This document shows, in pieces, positions 11,939 through 24,430 of a DNA stretch of 64,000 nucleotides. The notes under the pieces were generated by a model. It ran no database searches. It was given only the letters and a program-made list of their open reading frames with translations, and was not told where the DNA came from. The position numbers and the translations under genes are program-made. The stretch lies in the NCBI GenBank assembly GCA_030704615.1, contig CM060732.1, positions 40,424,001 to 40,488,000 on the forward strand. The letters run 5' to 3'. This DNA is from Takakia lepidozioides (taxonomy: Eukaryota > Plantae > Bryophyta). Every line of letters begins with the position of its first letter. Within the stretch, counting starts at the first letter, position 1.

Positions 11939-13289
11939 CAGCATGTCACCACAATGTTCTGCTAAACACACATCAAAATGTTTGAGCTCTTTGAACTTCC
12001 GTGAACATCACCGAAGTTCCTCTTATCTTCACCATGCCTTTGAAGATAAAGCTTGCTCACTATGCAGGCTACTACATATATTTTAACATGCATTGAAATG
12101 AAATGAAGTTGATGATGTTCGGCCATGACAAGTTTGAATTTTGTTTCCTGTGATTGATGATCACCTCAACCTCCAGGGCATTTGGGGAGTGAAAGGAAGT
12201 GAAGGTAATATTAGACATGGAAGATCCCAGTTCAGGAGTGGGCTGCTACAGAGCTCTCAGTCAAGACAACCCATAAAACTAGCAATGTTGAATGTTATGC
12301 CAGCAGAGTGTCCACCCATCATGGATATTTCAGCGATCCTCATCGCCGGAAACATTCCACTGTCAGGTGTGTGTGAAGGTCAACAACATGGCGTCACTAT
12401 ATGAGGTTGCAGCCCATGTAACTTGTCGCACAACACCTTGCAAAGGGCTAGAAGCCTATCAAGAATGATGAGATTGTCGCAAAAAAGTGAGAGCTGCCAT
12501 ACAATGCATTCCCTTTCCAAGGCTGCTCTTCTGTATACAAGGAGTGACTAGTGGGCATTGTCTTGGAGCAATTCATCATCCAGTCTTACTTGTTACAACA
12601 TATATGTGTACGCAAGCTTGGGAAAGATTGGGAACTTCATAACCTATGACCAGACTTGGAACTTAAAAACCTGATCTTGGGTAGCTTAAAAGACTCATGC
12701 ACAGATCTGTCCAGCTTATTTCACACTTGGAAGAAGCTGTGGAGACCAAGGAGTTTTGCTCAATTGCAGAGGCATGACCCCAGTACAGATTGCATTCTGG
12801 AAGCCATCTTCAAAGCTCTCAGCATACCGTGGGTGTAATGTCCATGGAGGAATCATGGACCTTACTATGCTCATGAAAATGGAATGACAACAACAGCTTC
12901 TGCAAAATGCACTTCTTTCACCTTGTCAGTCTAGTATTTTCAGTTGAAATGGGTTAATTAGGGACAGCTGATCATGGACAGTTTTAGTGCTTCTCATACA
13001 ACGAACTTCCCCCCTTTAACAAAGCGTAGGTGTACCGCCCTGGAGGTACTTCTGTTCTCTATGACGGACGTGGGAGGCAGCGCCTGTGTGTTAGTGGGCA
13101 GAGATACAACATCGAGAGCGTCACCATAGCTACAAGCTTGGGAGAGCGGAGCATCTCCAGTTGCCTTGTTTCCATGGCGAGACGGAATCTCAGAATGTGG
13201 GTTGGTTTGGAGCAGCCATGGTAGCGCATCGGTGAGCATGGCACTTGTGTGCGACATGTCTTTCTTCACCGTGCCCTTTGTTGCCTCCT

Positions 13290-13635
13290 TTCAGGCACGG
13301 GAACCAGGCATCTCGGGATGGGCTCACAATCCTCCCCGAGACTGCGACGGTGCTCTGCATTTTGGGGACCCCATTGAAGTGAGGTTTGTCTCAAATCGTT
13401 TCAAGCCAATTGCGGAGCAATGGATACCAGTAGAAGAGGACGAGGTTTGTGCGAGGGATGGGCAAGGAGGCTACCAGGAGGTGGAGAAGAATGAATGGCT
13501 ACGCTCGGAAGTCGTCACCTTCAAGAAGAGAGTCGCCAACGAAGTGCACCTCATGGGCCGTGTGGGTCGGGACATGGCGAAATCCAGCCTTTCTATGCCT
13601 AAGAATGATTCTGCTGCAGATGTTTCGAGCTGGTA
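13290..13635 (+). pseudogene. Organellar single-stranded DNA-binding protein (OSB/PTAC9-like) fragment
   Basis: WLRSEVVTFKKRVANEVHLMGRVGRD resembles the recalled OSB entry motif RP.EI.....LANSV.LIG.VG. The exon ends at TG|GTAAG (~13632). No intact downstream SSB/PDF exons were found. Confidence 0.5.
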
Positions 13636-15099
13636 AGAATTTTTTGTTCCACCGAAGACGGATAAAGATTGCACTGTATTGGGGAAAATATGATATTGTT
13701 CGACAAATGGACTTCTTCTCAGTTATACATCATGTGTCTTTGTCTAGGGTAGAATGTCAGTCAGTCCGGGAGAAAGAGGAGCTGGTAGGGATGTGCACAT
13801 ACTCTGGGTAGTTCAAAATTGTGTTTCTAGGAATTTCTCGCAGTTCAATGGCACAGCTTGGAGCAATCGCCTTCGCTTCTTCATCATGTGAACTTGCATT
13901 GTCCCTGGAAAGTTGTCAGAAACGTTTGACATGTTTGTAGCGTGCTACGCATAGAAACAGTTGTTGAAGACCAGATTTGTATGGCAGGTTGGAGTTGGAG
14001 ACGTGGGATACGCTGGCTGAGAGTGCAGGGAACCGTGTGAAGAAAGGGAACCGGATGTGTGTCACAGGGCCTCTGGTTGTGGACGTTCATAACTTTCCTG
14101 TGGAGTGTAGAAAGGTAGGTGTTAATTCATTTGTACTTTAACACATCCAACTGAAGGATTGTACAGGAGGGGGGCATAACATGTCAAGGAGTATAAAGGA
14201 GGAAGAGGATTGGGTTCCTTCATTCTTCCTTCATTTCACCTTTTCTTAGTAGCCTTTGTGGAGAGTCTCTATTTCTGACATATAGACAAATCCTTTTGCT
14301 TCTCTCTCATGCTCTCTCTTGCTCATCCTTTTAAAGATTCCCTGCGCCTACCAGAAGTCTTCAGTGTCAATGGCCCAAAGCTCTTGGGAGCTTACCTTGC
14401 ATGAGCCTCTGTCATTATTCAACTGTGGTGCTAGCTTTATTTGGATTCACTGGGTGTACTGTGTTCTACTGTATCCAATGAGTCCTCTGGGCCTCTGGAT
14501 GACGGAAAGAATTTCTTCATCTTCTTTCTGGACAATGGACATTTCTTCTTGGATTATAATGCACTTTTTGTTGTGGGTTCCATGGTTGAGTTTTATTTAG
14601 TGTAGGAGCTTTTTTTTCTGAATGTGAGAAAACTACTTTTACTGAACTTTCATACCAGGAAACAAATGAGGGAGTAGCTCGCCATCCAACACTGCACGAT
14701 CACTAGACCGGTGTAGTGAGTCTTGATCCTTCACCCTTTCAGAATCACTATTTTGGCAATCACTTTGGCCCTTGGAGTGGTTGTGTGGAGGTCTGTAGTC
14801 TGTAGGCTGTACGCAGTGGAGTAGATGTCTGAGTAGTTGGTGTGGACATAAGTGGGAGGGAGGGTCTAATGTGGGCTAGTGTCGTGTGGGAGACAGGTGG
14901 TTCTGAGCAAGTGGAGCTTTGTGGAATCAGAGGATTCAGGTTGCCCTTTCTGTACCCTTTCTGCTTCCTCCAAACTGGGCATGTAGTCTATGGTCACAAT
15001 GGCTGGTACATTTTCCTCTTTTTTGTCTCTCACTCACTCCCTCTCTCTCTCTTGCTCTCTCTCTCTCCCTATACAGTATACAAAAGCGATTCAATCAGC

Positions 15100-15495
15100 T
15101 AAACACAAAGCTTTGGGTCTCACTGAATTTGTCCACTGAAGAGGGATTGATACTGAAGTTAGAAGGAGCATGCTTTGCAACGTTATTGGGCCTGCCTTAA
15201 AGTACGCAACTACCGTGTGGGTCGACAATTCCAACTAAATTTCTAGAATCCATTCATGTCTGCTCAAAAAAGCATGGTGGTGTGTTCCAGAACAGCTAAT
15301 GTCGCTCTTCGTGGCAAGTTCGGCATCCTCCCTTAAGCTCTAGACGTAATGAATTCAAGGTCAGCTGGTGGGGTCAGTTGAATTGCATGTCTAATACCAG
15401 ACACCCTAAGCTTGTTGACACCATTTCTTAGTGGAAAAGGGTAGAAGAGATTTTCAAGTATCTGAATATTAGTCTCGAAGAACTGACCCAGCCAT
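15100..15495 (+). mobile_element. Internal LINE fragment immediately upstream of the PPR-DYW gene
   Basis: Colinear with 52990..53425, e.g. aatgtcgctcttcgtggcaagttcggc vs aatgtggctcttcggggtgagtttggc, and gaattcaaggtcagctggtggggtca vs gaattcaaggtcagatggtggggtca. Confidence 0.8.
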
Positions 15496-15546
15496 GACCC
15501 TTTCCTCAATTAGGGATCTTTCTTTACAGTATATAGGAACATTCAG

Positions 15547-18228
15547 ATGTATTCGGTGACTTTGATGAGTTTCAATCCTTGTAACCAAGGTTTTGTGTTA
15601 GGCAGGATGGCAGGCTTGAATCAGCCACAGTTGTTTGGAGCGGGGATGACAACAGTTTTGGAAGGAGGAGCAAGTGAGGCAGCCAACAAGGAGTGTTTTG
15701 GCACTTGTGTGGATTTAACGATGCTATGTAAATCAGGACAACTGAAAGAGGCTCTGCTCAAGTTGAACCAAGGAGGCATCTCAGCAGACTCCAAGACCTA
15801 TGTCTGTCTGTTGCAGGAGTGTATCAAGATGAAAGGTTTAGCAGAGGGAAAGCAGGTCCATGCCCACATTATCAGAAGTGGTTTCAAACCAAATGTCTTT
15901 CTACTTAACTCCCTTGTCAACATGTATGCGAAGTGTGGAAGTTTAGTGGATGCACGCGCAGTGTTTGACAGAATGCCTGAACGAGCTCTGAGTACGTGGA
16001 ATATAATGATGGCAGGATATGCCAAGCATGGGTGTGGTAAGGAGGCATTCGAGCTCTATGAACAAATGATACAGGAAGGGGTGACACCCAATAGGGTCAC
16101 ATTCCTTTGCTATCTCAAGGCATGTGCCAGCCCGGATGCCCTTGAAAAGGGCAGGGAGGTCCATGCTGATATTTTTGCAGCTGGAGTTGTGCCAGATATT
16201 CCTCTGGAGACTACACTTATTGACATGTATGCAAAATGCGGGACAATGAAGGATGCACAACAAGTGTTCAACAATATGCCTCAACGAAATGTGGTCACAT
16301 GGAGTGCAATGATAGCAGGATATGCTCGGCATGGGTGTGGCAGGGAGGCACTCGAGACCTATGAACAAATGATAAAAGAAGGGGTGACACCAGACAAGGT
16401 CACATTCACTTGCGTTCTTAAGGCATGTGCCAGCTTGGCAGCCTTGGAAAAGGGCATTGAGGTCCATGCTGACATCATCGCAGCTGGAATTGCACCAGAT
16501 ATCATTCTGGAGGTTGCTCTCATTGACATGTACTCTAAATGTGGGAGCATGAAGGATGCGTGCGAAGTTTTTGACAATATTGCTTGCCAAAATGTGGTCT
16601 CATGGACCGCGATGATCACAGGATATACTCTCAATGGGTGTTGTAGGGAGGCTTTCGAGATGTATGAGGAGATGATACGGGAAGGGGTTGTGGCCAACAA
16701 TGTCACATTCATTTGTGTTCTCAATGCATGTGCTAGCCTAGGAGTTTTGGAAAAGGGCAAAGAGGTGCATTCTGACATCATTAAAGCAGGAATTGCACCT
16801 GATGTCATTCTGGAGACTGCCCTTCTCAACATGTATGCCAAATGTGGTAGTATGAACGATGCACATCAAGTGTTTGACAATATGGCTCAACGAAATGTGG
16901 TCTCATGGAATGCAATTATAACAGGATATGCTCAGCATGGGTGTGAAAGGGAGTCCCTGCAACTGTTTGAAGAAATGCAACAGGAAGGCTTGAAGCCAGA
17001 TGTGGTCTCATGGAGCGCAATAATTGGAGGTTATGCTCAGCATGGGTGTGCTATGGAGGCTTTGTTGATGTATGAGCAAATGACCCAGGAAGGGGTACTG
17101 CCCAACAGGGTCACATTCATTTGCGTTCTTAATGCATGTTCCAGCATGGCTGCTCTGGGAAAGGGCAAAGAGATACATGCTGACATCATCAAAACTGCAA
17201 TCGTGCCAGATATTTTTCTAGAAACTGCTCTTGCTGACATGTATGCCAAATGTGGGAGCATGAGAGATGCACATCAAGTGTTTGACAATATGGCTCGACG
17301 AGACATGGTCTCATGGAATGTGATGATTGCAGGAACTGCTCAGCATGGAGATGGTTTGGAAGCCTTGCAACTCTTTGAACAAATGCAACAGGAAGGCTTG
17401 AAGCCCAACAGCACCACCTTCATATGTCTTCTCTCTGCATGTAGTCATGTTGGGCTCGTGGATGAAGGCTGTCACTACTTTGATGCCATGAGTGAAGATC
17501 ATGGCCTCACTCCTACAGTGGAGCATTACGGCTGCATGGTGGACCTTCTTGGCCGTTCAGGGCTACTGGAGGAGGCAGTGGACTTCATCAAGAAAATGCC
17601 AAGCAAACCAGACGCCATGGTTTTATGGCCCTTGCTTGGTGCCTGCAGAATTCATGGCAATGTGGAGGTGGCAGAACGAGCAGCAAAATGCCTTTTGAAG
17701 TGGGATCCAAAGGACACAGCAACTTACGTGCTGCTATCAAACATCTATGCTGCGGCTGGCAGGTGGGAGGATACAGCAAAGGTGAGAAAAATGATGCATG
17801 ACAGAGGTGTGAGGAAGGAGCCAGGGCGTAGCTGCATTGAGGTGGAGAACCAGGTGCATACATTCGTTGCAGACGACAAACTGCATCCACGAATTGACGA
17901 AATCCATGCTGAGCTGAAGAGATTGTCTCGGACGATGAAGGGGGCAGGGTATGTGGCTGACACGTGCTTTGTATTGCATGATCTGGACGAGGAGCAAAAG
18001 AAATCTTCTATTAGCCACCACAGTGAAAAGCTGGCCATTGCATTTGGGCTCATCAGTACGTCGCCGGGGACGCCTCTGCGCATCATCAAGAACCTTCGGG
18101 TGTGTGGTGACTGTCACACTGCCACCAAGTTCATCTCAAAGATTGCTGCTCGAGAAGTTTCTGTGCGGGATGCCAACCGTTTTCACCACTTTCAGGATGG
18201 GCTTTGCTCTTGTGGGGATTACTGGTGA
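15547..18228 (+). CDS. PLS-class PPR protein with E1-E2-DYW (PG-box type) cytidine deaminase domain; organellar C-to-U RNA-editing factor
   Basis: Intronless 893-aa ORF with 18 P/L/S motifs ending in P2-L2-S2, then E1/E2, a PG box (KEPGRSCIEV), HSEKLA, CGDCH and terminal CSCGDYW. The start may instead be the ATG at 15607. Confidence 0.97.
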   Translation: MYSVTLMSFNPCNQGFVLGRMAGLNQPQLFGAGMTTVLEGGASEAANKECFGTCVDLTMLCKSGQLKEALLKLNQGGISADSKTYVCLLQECIKMKGLAEGKQVHAHIIRSGFKPNVFLLNSLVNMYAKCGSLVDARAVFDRMPERALSTWNIMMAGYAKHGCGKEAFELYEQMIQEGVTPNRVTFLCYLKACASPDALEKGREVHADIFAAGVVPDIPLETTLIDMYAKCGTMKDAQQVFNNMPQRNVVTWSAMIAGYARHGCGREALETYEQMIKEGVTPDKVTFTCVLKACASLAALEKGIEVHADIIAAGIAPDIILEVALIDMYSKCGSMKDACEVFDNIACQNVVSWTAMITGYTLNGCCREAFEMYEEMIREGVVANNVTFICVLNACASLGVLEKGKEVHSDIIKAGIAPDVILETALLNMYAKCGSMNDAHQVFDNMAQRNVVSWNAIITGYAQHGCERESLQLFEEMQQEGLKPDVVSWSAIIGGYAQHGCAMEALLMYEQMTQEGVLPNRVTFICVLNACSSMAALGKGKEIHADIIKTAIVPDIFLETALADMYAKCGSMRDAHQVFDNMARRDMVSWNVMIAGTAQHGDGLEALQLFEQMQQEGLKPNSTTFICLLSACSHVGLVDEGCHYFDAMSEDHGLTPTVEHYGCMVDLLGRSGLLEEAVDFIKKMPSKPDAMVLWPLLGACRIHGNVEVAERAAKCLLKWDPKDTATYVLLSNIYAAAGRWEDTAKVRKMMHDRGVRKEPGRSCIEVENQVHTFVADDKLHPRIDEIHAELKRLSRTMKGAGYVADTCFVLHDLDEEQKKSSISHHSEKLAIAFGLISTSPGTPLRIIKNLRVCGDCHTATKFISKIAAREVSVRDANRFHHFQDGLCSCGDYW

Positions 18229-19276
18229 ACAAGCAACAGTCATGAAAGATAGGGAGTGGCCACAAATGTGAGAGTTACAAGGTCATATTTCAGTGAAAGA
18301 GATCGTAGGTTGATGTCTGTGACAGTCAGTAGTGCTTTTTCTGTGAGCTGTCCATGGTGATAACTACAGCTCAATGACAATCATCAAACAGCAAAGTCAC
18401 AAAAACCTTTCTCTCAGAGACGTTCTGTCCAGACCGCAACAGAAGTAGGCAAGGCAAGAATCCTGGGTTATTGGAGTGTGATTTCCTTGAGTGGCTGGAG
18501 AGAGTCTAGCTTCCATGAGTTGGTACCTATCCTTCTACTTGCCCCAAGCACTGGGAAATTCCCTCCATTGAATCCTGTGTGCAAGTTCTGTAGTCATAAT
18601 CAAAACAAAATGCTGTTATTCTGGGGCTCCAGAACTAGGCTCAGAGTATAGGCACATATGCTCGAGAGCAAAACCTGAATCCCCTTTTTAAGTTTACTTC
18701 GTCTCCATGAAGAAAAGATTTTATTGGGTAGATATGTTGTGTGTGTAGTGCATTTACACTATTCCAAGTTCCAACTGCTCTTGACAGTGAGAAGTGTGCT
18801 TCGTCGTGTAAAGCCCAGCTTCATGGATCTGGTTGCCTATTAATCATCATGTCTCTGTGTTTCTGAAACTGTGTTTGGGGTTACCACCACTTGGCGTTCA
18901 CTTCAACCTGTTTGCAAGGGATCCTTTTATGCAGAAATCCATCTTCCAGACAGGTATTTCTATCTGAGATTGCAAACTCGAAGAGAGCAAACCCGGAGAG
19001 GTGAGGTTTGTAACTTGATGCGCGGCATCCTTAATGAGGGGAGTTCCAATTTCGTTCTCTATGGGGAACAGAGTTCCCAATCAGGTGTCCTTGAGATCGA
19101 TTTCATTATTATGTTGCGGGGTCGTCTTTCTCCTTCAAGCACATGAAGAATCCACACTCAGAAGTCTGTTGGGTTCTCAGATCTGTTTTAGATTTTCCCA
19201 GGATGAGGGGGCTTGGTGTTCACCCGGCAGGGCATAGAAACCACGAGATCTGATTGAAATTTTCACTACTGGAAAG

Positions 19277-22200
19277 ATGAGGGGGGGGAGGTTTCTGACA
19301 AAGAAAAATGGAGATGCAAATGCCCGCAATGCTGAGGCACTCTTCGAGGCCAAGACAGTGGTGGAGATTAGGGAGGTTGAGGTACAAACACGGAAAGAGA
19401 TTGAAGAGAAGAAGGAAGAGTTGCGACAGCTGGTAGGGGCGAGCTACAGGGATCTGATTGAATCTGCCGACTCCATTCTTTTGATGAAACAATCATGCGA
19501 AGCCGTGGCAGCAAACATCCGAATGATGGAAGAGGGTTTTCAATCTCTGAAGAGGACCATTAGTGTCAATATTGTGGCGCCTGCGGCGGATCAAGAGAGA
19601 AGGAGGAGAGAAAAGCTGTATGGAATTGGCAGTCGAGTTAAGTATTTGGTCGATACACCTGAGAAGATATGGGGATGTCTTGACGAGCATATGTACCTTG
19701 AAGGGTCGGAGAGGTATCTTAGAGCGAGAGAGGTCCACACTTTGCTCACGGAGATGGCAGCCAAAGGAGAGAAGGAGGAACTGCTTGCAAATTTTCCTCT
19801 GTTGAGACAGCATTGGCCGCTGATTGAAACCTTCCGAGGGCAAATCTCTCAGAGGGCTAGGGATCGGTTGCAAGAACCAAGCCTCAAAGTGGGAGATTAT
19901 GCGATCGCCCTGGCCGCTGTGGGCATTATCGATGAGGTACCTTCGTTAGACGTCTTTGCCCTTTTTCTGGAGTCTCGAAGGCTGTGGTTGCGGGCACATC
20001 TGCGGAATGCAGTTGCCGAGATAGAGCGAGGAAAGGCGCAGCGAGTTGGAGAGGGAGGTAAATTCGGTACAAATAGAGTGGGAGAGGAGTTAACAGGGAA
20101 GGCAGGCGAGAAGAGAATGGTAACAGAAAGAGAGGAAAGAGAAGAGAAAATGGGAGAGGCGAAAAGACAAGAATCCAATTTCGAATCTGGGTATCCTTGT
20201 GGAGAAGGGGAGGATACTGCATCTATGGCAACTGTACTTTGCAAACTTGTGCAGATGGTCCAGGCCTCTCTTTGCCAGGTTGGCTTGCTATTTTTGCAAG
20301 TATCAAATGAAAAAATGCCACTCCTCTATAGTACTGTCCTCGCTGCCCCCCCAGGCTCGCAGCTCTTTGGAGGCATCCCCAATCCGGACAAGGAGGTCAG
20401 GTTGTGGAAGGCGCATCGAGAGAAGCTGGAGAGCAGTATGGTCTTACTCTCTGGGACAGTTATTATTGAGGCTTGTATAAAATGGCTACGGGATTGTGCA
20501 AGAGACATTTCTACAGAGGCAAAACCATTGATTGAACAGATTAGGAGCGGGAGATGGCTGGCAGAGACAGAGAGATTAGTTAGAGAGGACATGGAGAAGC
20601 AGGAAGCTTTGGCAGAGACACTAGATTGGTTGCAAAGCACTTTTGGGGGCCAAATTGATTCACCGTGGGACTGTGTGTGTCAGCTCCTTTTGAAGGAACC
20701 GACAAATCTTTGGGACACTCTGTTTGAGGGTTTGTTTGTGGGTAGAATGAAAGGGGTGGTTGATTTGGGCTTTGCTTCAATCAGGGTGACGGAGATGGTG
20801 GAAGACTGTCTTGATGGCAGGGGTCCTTCTCCATCAACAGAAAGTCGAGATCATCGGGTGCCCATTCAAGGGGATTATAAGGTTTCCAAACCCCAACGTT
20901 TGCATGACTTTCAGGGCCAAAGTTTGGATATGGCAAGATATTTGGGGACAGATGTGAATAATCAGAACTTACGATTTGTTTATGAGGATTTCAGCGGGGT
21001 GGAGAGACTGGACTACCTTGGTGGTAGGTTGGCTTGGAAATTCAAAGGCAACACAACAGAGTGGGAGGGTGATGCGAGATTTTTCTTTACACCGGAGGTT
21101 ATGAAGGTGAAAGACAAGGTAGATGAGGGTTTGAGAACAGTTCTAGAGGATATGGTTTCCTTTTTACAAGGCCCCAAAGGAATCACCAGGACAGAAGTGC
21201 TTGCGCCCTACTTGCAAGACCAGTGCTTCATTTGTATGTCTTCTATAGTCAAAGAGCTTGAGGTGCGACTCACTGATCTCTCAGAGAACTTGCAGACTAC
21301 AGCCGACATTTCTGGCAGGTCACCAGAGAGTTTAAAGCGTGCTGTGGAGAGTAGATCTGCAGAGGGGTTCGGTCAGAGGATTGGGCACAACAGGCACGGA
21401 ACAGAGACAGGAACTTTGGATGCAGGGAACCCATCTACAGTTATTGATCAAGCGCTCTTCCTGGGGCGGCTTTCAGCAGCGCTTGGTCAACATTCATTAT
21501 CTCCACCTATCCTTCTGGGGTCCCCTTCATTGTGGACGCTGGAAGAGAAACATGAAGGACAGAGCGTCTCACAAGGCTTGACATCTTTGTCCCGTCGCAC
21601 TTCATGGTTAGACTCAGATAATTCTAGCTTGGACAGCAGTCCAGGAAAGTGGTTTCCAAAGAGATTAAATGGGTGGATGGCTGGGTCAAAGCCAGAGGAA
21701 GGAGCCTCAAAGCTGCGAGAGTTGCAGCGCAGCCTCAGGCGGCAGAGTATTGCTGCCCACCGAATATGGGTGCTTTGGAGCACTGAAGGGTTGGCCGGTT
21801 CACTTCTAAGAGATCTGCACAAAGATGAGTGCCTTTCTACGTCAGTACCACTCAAGGTAAGCTCCTGAAAGCTTTTTCCAAGATGGCTGCAAGCTCGTTA
21901 GTCCTGGATTAGTGACTTTGTCTTCACACTCTTTTTCTGGCTGGCAGGGGACGAGGCCCTGATAGTGCTTTTATTGATAGGATTATTGAAGAGAAAAAAT
22001 TAAACCCTTTGGTGCACCTGCATGAGGAGCTCTATCTTATGTGCAGCTTGTCGAAGTTTGATTTCTACTATGTCCCATGGTCCCTCTTGGCCTCCCTGGA
22101 CGTAATATTTCTTCTCTCTCTGTCTCTGTCTCTCTCCCCCCCCTCTCCCCTGTCTCCCTCTCGTTCAGTTTTTCCTTGGCACAGGTTAAGGGCTGATCAA

Positions 22201-24430
22201 CTTTAAGGAGATGTGAATGATGTATTAATGTCGGGTCTTTGTTCCTTATTGTCTGTTGTAATGTGAAGGGATGGGAGGAGACTGTGCTACGGTCAAAGGT
22301 AGAAGGTGGTGAAGAAGTGGATTTGCAAATGGCCTTGCCAGCAATGCCTTCTCCATATGCGGTTGCCTTTCTGTTTGCAGGCTGCCATGACATTCACCGA
22401 GTCGGTGGTCATGTTCTGGACAGAGCTGTGTTGCGGTTGTTTGCGTGGCACCTTCTAGAGAAGGTAATTTCTTTGTGGCTTTTCTCAATGACTTGTAACA
22501 GTTTTCTGCTGGAATTCTAAAATATGAATAACTGTGCCAAGGGTAAATTGTGCAACTTCCCACATCCAGCTTATCTCTCTCCCCCCACTCTCACACACAT
22601 CTCTCCTGTGTGTCCCTGTTTCTCTGACAAGAATTAGTTTCCTCTCATCACTTTTCTTGTGCCAAGTCACCATGTAAAGTTGTAATGGCTTGAAAATGGA
22701 TGGAACATACCTTCTCAGTAGTGACAAAAATAAAGGACTTCCAGTGTTCCAAAGCATGGACTGCAGATTAATCATGGGATTTATTGACTTATAATCTTCC
22801 TAAGCCTTGAACCATTCAATGCATACATATGCTACAAATTTGAAGACTGAACAATGCCTTGAAATGGAGGGACTAGACATTAGAAACTGAAGGATGGTTG
22901 TTTTTATGCAGGTTTTGACAGTGTATGAAAAGTTTGTGTCCGATCCTTCTTTCATGAATTCCCGTGTATCAGAGAAGGGCCTGCTCCAGATGCTCTTTGA
23001 CGTAAAGTTCCTAGCAGATGTGCTCTCTGGGGGTGAAGATGTTTCTTTTGAACATTTGGACCCATTCGATAACGAAAAGCTGCTAGAGTCTCCCCTTGGG
23101 TCTGGTGGGCGTAGGAAAGGGTCAGCTTCTCAGTCAGACAACAGCCGGAAGAAGTGGGTGGCATCATTGCTTTCCAAATTATACAGTCGGCTTGACCCAA
23201 TTGATTGGGCCACGTGAGTTCTCTACTTTGCCCTTGCTGTTTTTCCTGATGGGTGAGCATGGTCATCGCAAGCAGTTTAGTTTCAGCTTGTTCAGTTGTA
23301 TCAAATTGTTCTGTTCAAATATCTAATCTTTTGCCTTTGTCTCTCGTTTCTGTTTCCCTTGTCCTCTCCCCTTTCTCTCTCTCTCTACTGCATAGAGAAT
23401 GAACTGGCAGAAGAGGAAATTTCCATTCTGATCTTGGCAAATTGGAGCTGTTGCCTGTCATGCAGCTCTGCCTAACCCTCTATGCCTCTTGACAGATATG
23501 AAATGTACTTGTGGGAGCATGAGCGGCGGTATTACCAGCGATGCGCAGTGCTCTTTGGCTCCCTCATCCAGCTGAAGCGTCTTTACACTGACATCCTGCC
23601 CAAGCCCCCCTCCAACTCTGATACAAACACACTCAACATGTCTGCCACTGTTCCTCGGTTCACCTACCTTCCAATCAGGTAGTTTATCTGCACCTATCTT
23701 CTAGGATACTACAGATTCCATCTCTACTGTTAATCTCTATGCCTGCTTTATCTCTTTTTCTCATCGTCATCTGTCCAAAAGGAGTAGAAGTCTTTCCACA
23801 GGACAGGAGAAGAGAACACCTTGTGTCCTTCTTTCCGTTGTGTGTTTCTCATTATTCCAGACTATCTGTATGTGCAGTGCACCAGTATTTTCAGTCAGTT
23901 CATCCCTCCAGTCACGAAGGAACGCTTTGCAAGATGACAGTGAAGCCGGGATGTGGAAAGCATATGCAAATGGTGATGATGCCTCCAAATTTTCCTTCAG
24001 TGATTCTCCGTCCTTGGCCTCCGCTGCCAGGCCGCTACTTCAGTCTTTCATGGGCCAGGTGTGTGTCGTGGAACCTAAAGTTTTTTCCTTCAATAATGTC
24101 TGTAGAGATAGCAGTGCGTGCATGCTTTGTGGAATGTGGAGAATCAGTGACAGCACTGGATCTGAATCTAGGACCAAGGCCTTGTTCAAATGAATAGCTC
24201 CCACTTTTTCACTGAAGGTAATCTAACAAAAGCATCCGTGTGGTAAGCAGGTGGGTAGCAAATTTGGAGAAGGAACATTGAAGTTGGGGTCTATGCTTAG
24301 TGATGCCCAGGTTGGGCGTTTCAAAGACAAGTCTGCAGCTGCCATATCCACGTTCGGTGACATGCTACCAGCGCAGGCAGCTGGTCTTTTCTCTTCACTC
24401 ACAGCAAGTGCAACCAAGCCGGAGTCCTAA
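19277..24430 (+). CDS. COG1: Conserved oligomeric Golgi complex subunit 1 (Vps51/Vps67 domain); 6 exons
   Basis: The N-terminal AEALFE...[25 protein letters not shown] and [18 protein letters not shown] are diagnostic. Exons ~19277-21856, 22269-22463, 22912-23214, 23496-23678, ~23877-24058 and 24251-24430 give GWEETV...[42 protein letters not shown] and [15 protein letters not shown]. Confidence 0.95.

Noticed and set aside
14165-14280. PPT-like AGGAGGGGGG followed by a ~100-bp TGTCA...TGACA segment as a TRIM/solo LTR
   Set aside because: There is no second copy, TSD or coding remnant in the window, so it could be chance.
15790-17600. Periodic repeats as a CRISPR-like array
   Set aside because: They are in-frame 93-108 bp PPR motifs in a eukaryotic gene, with no spacers or cas genes.
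15798-18117. Antisense ORFs over the PPR gene (and similar ones over COG1, metaxin and pol)
   Set aside because: These are shadow ORFs of repetitive coding sequence with no independent motifs.
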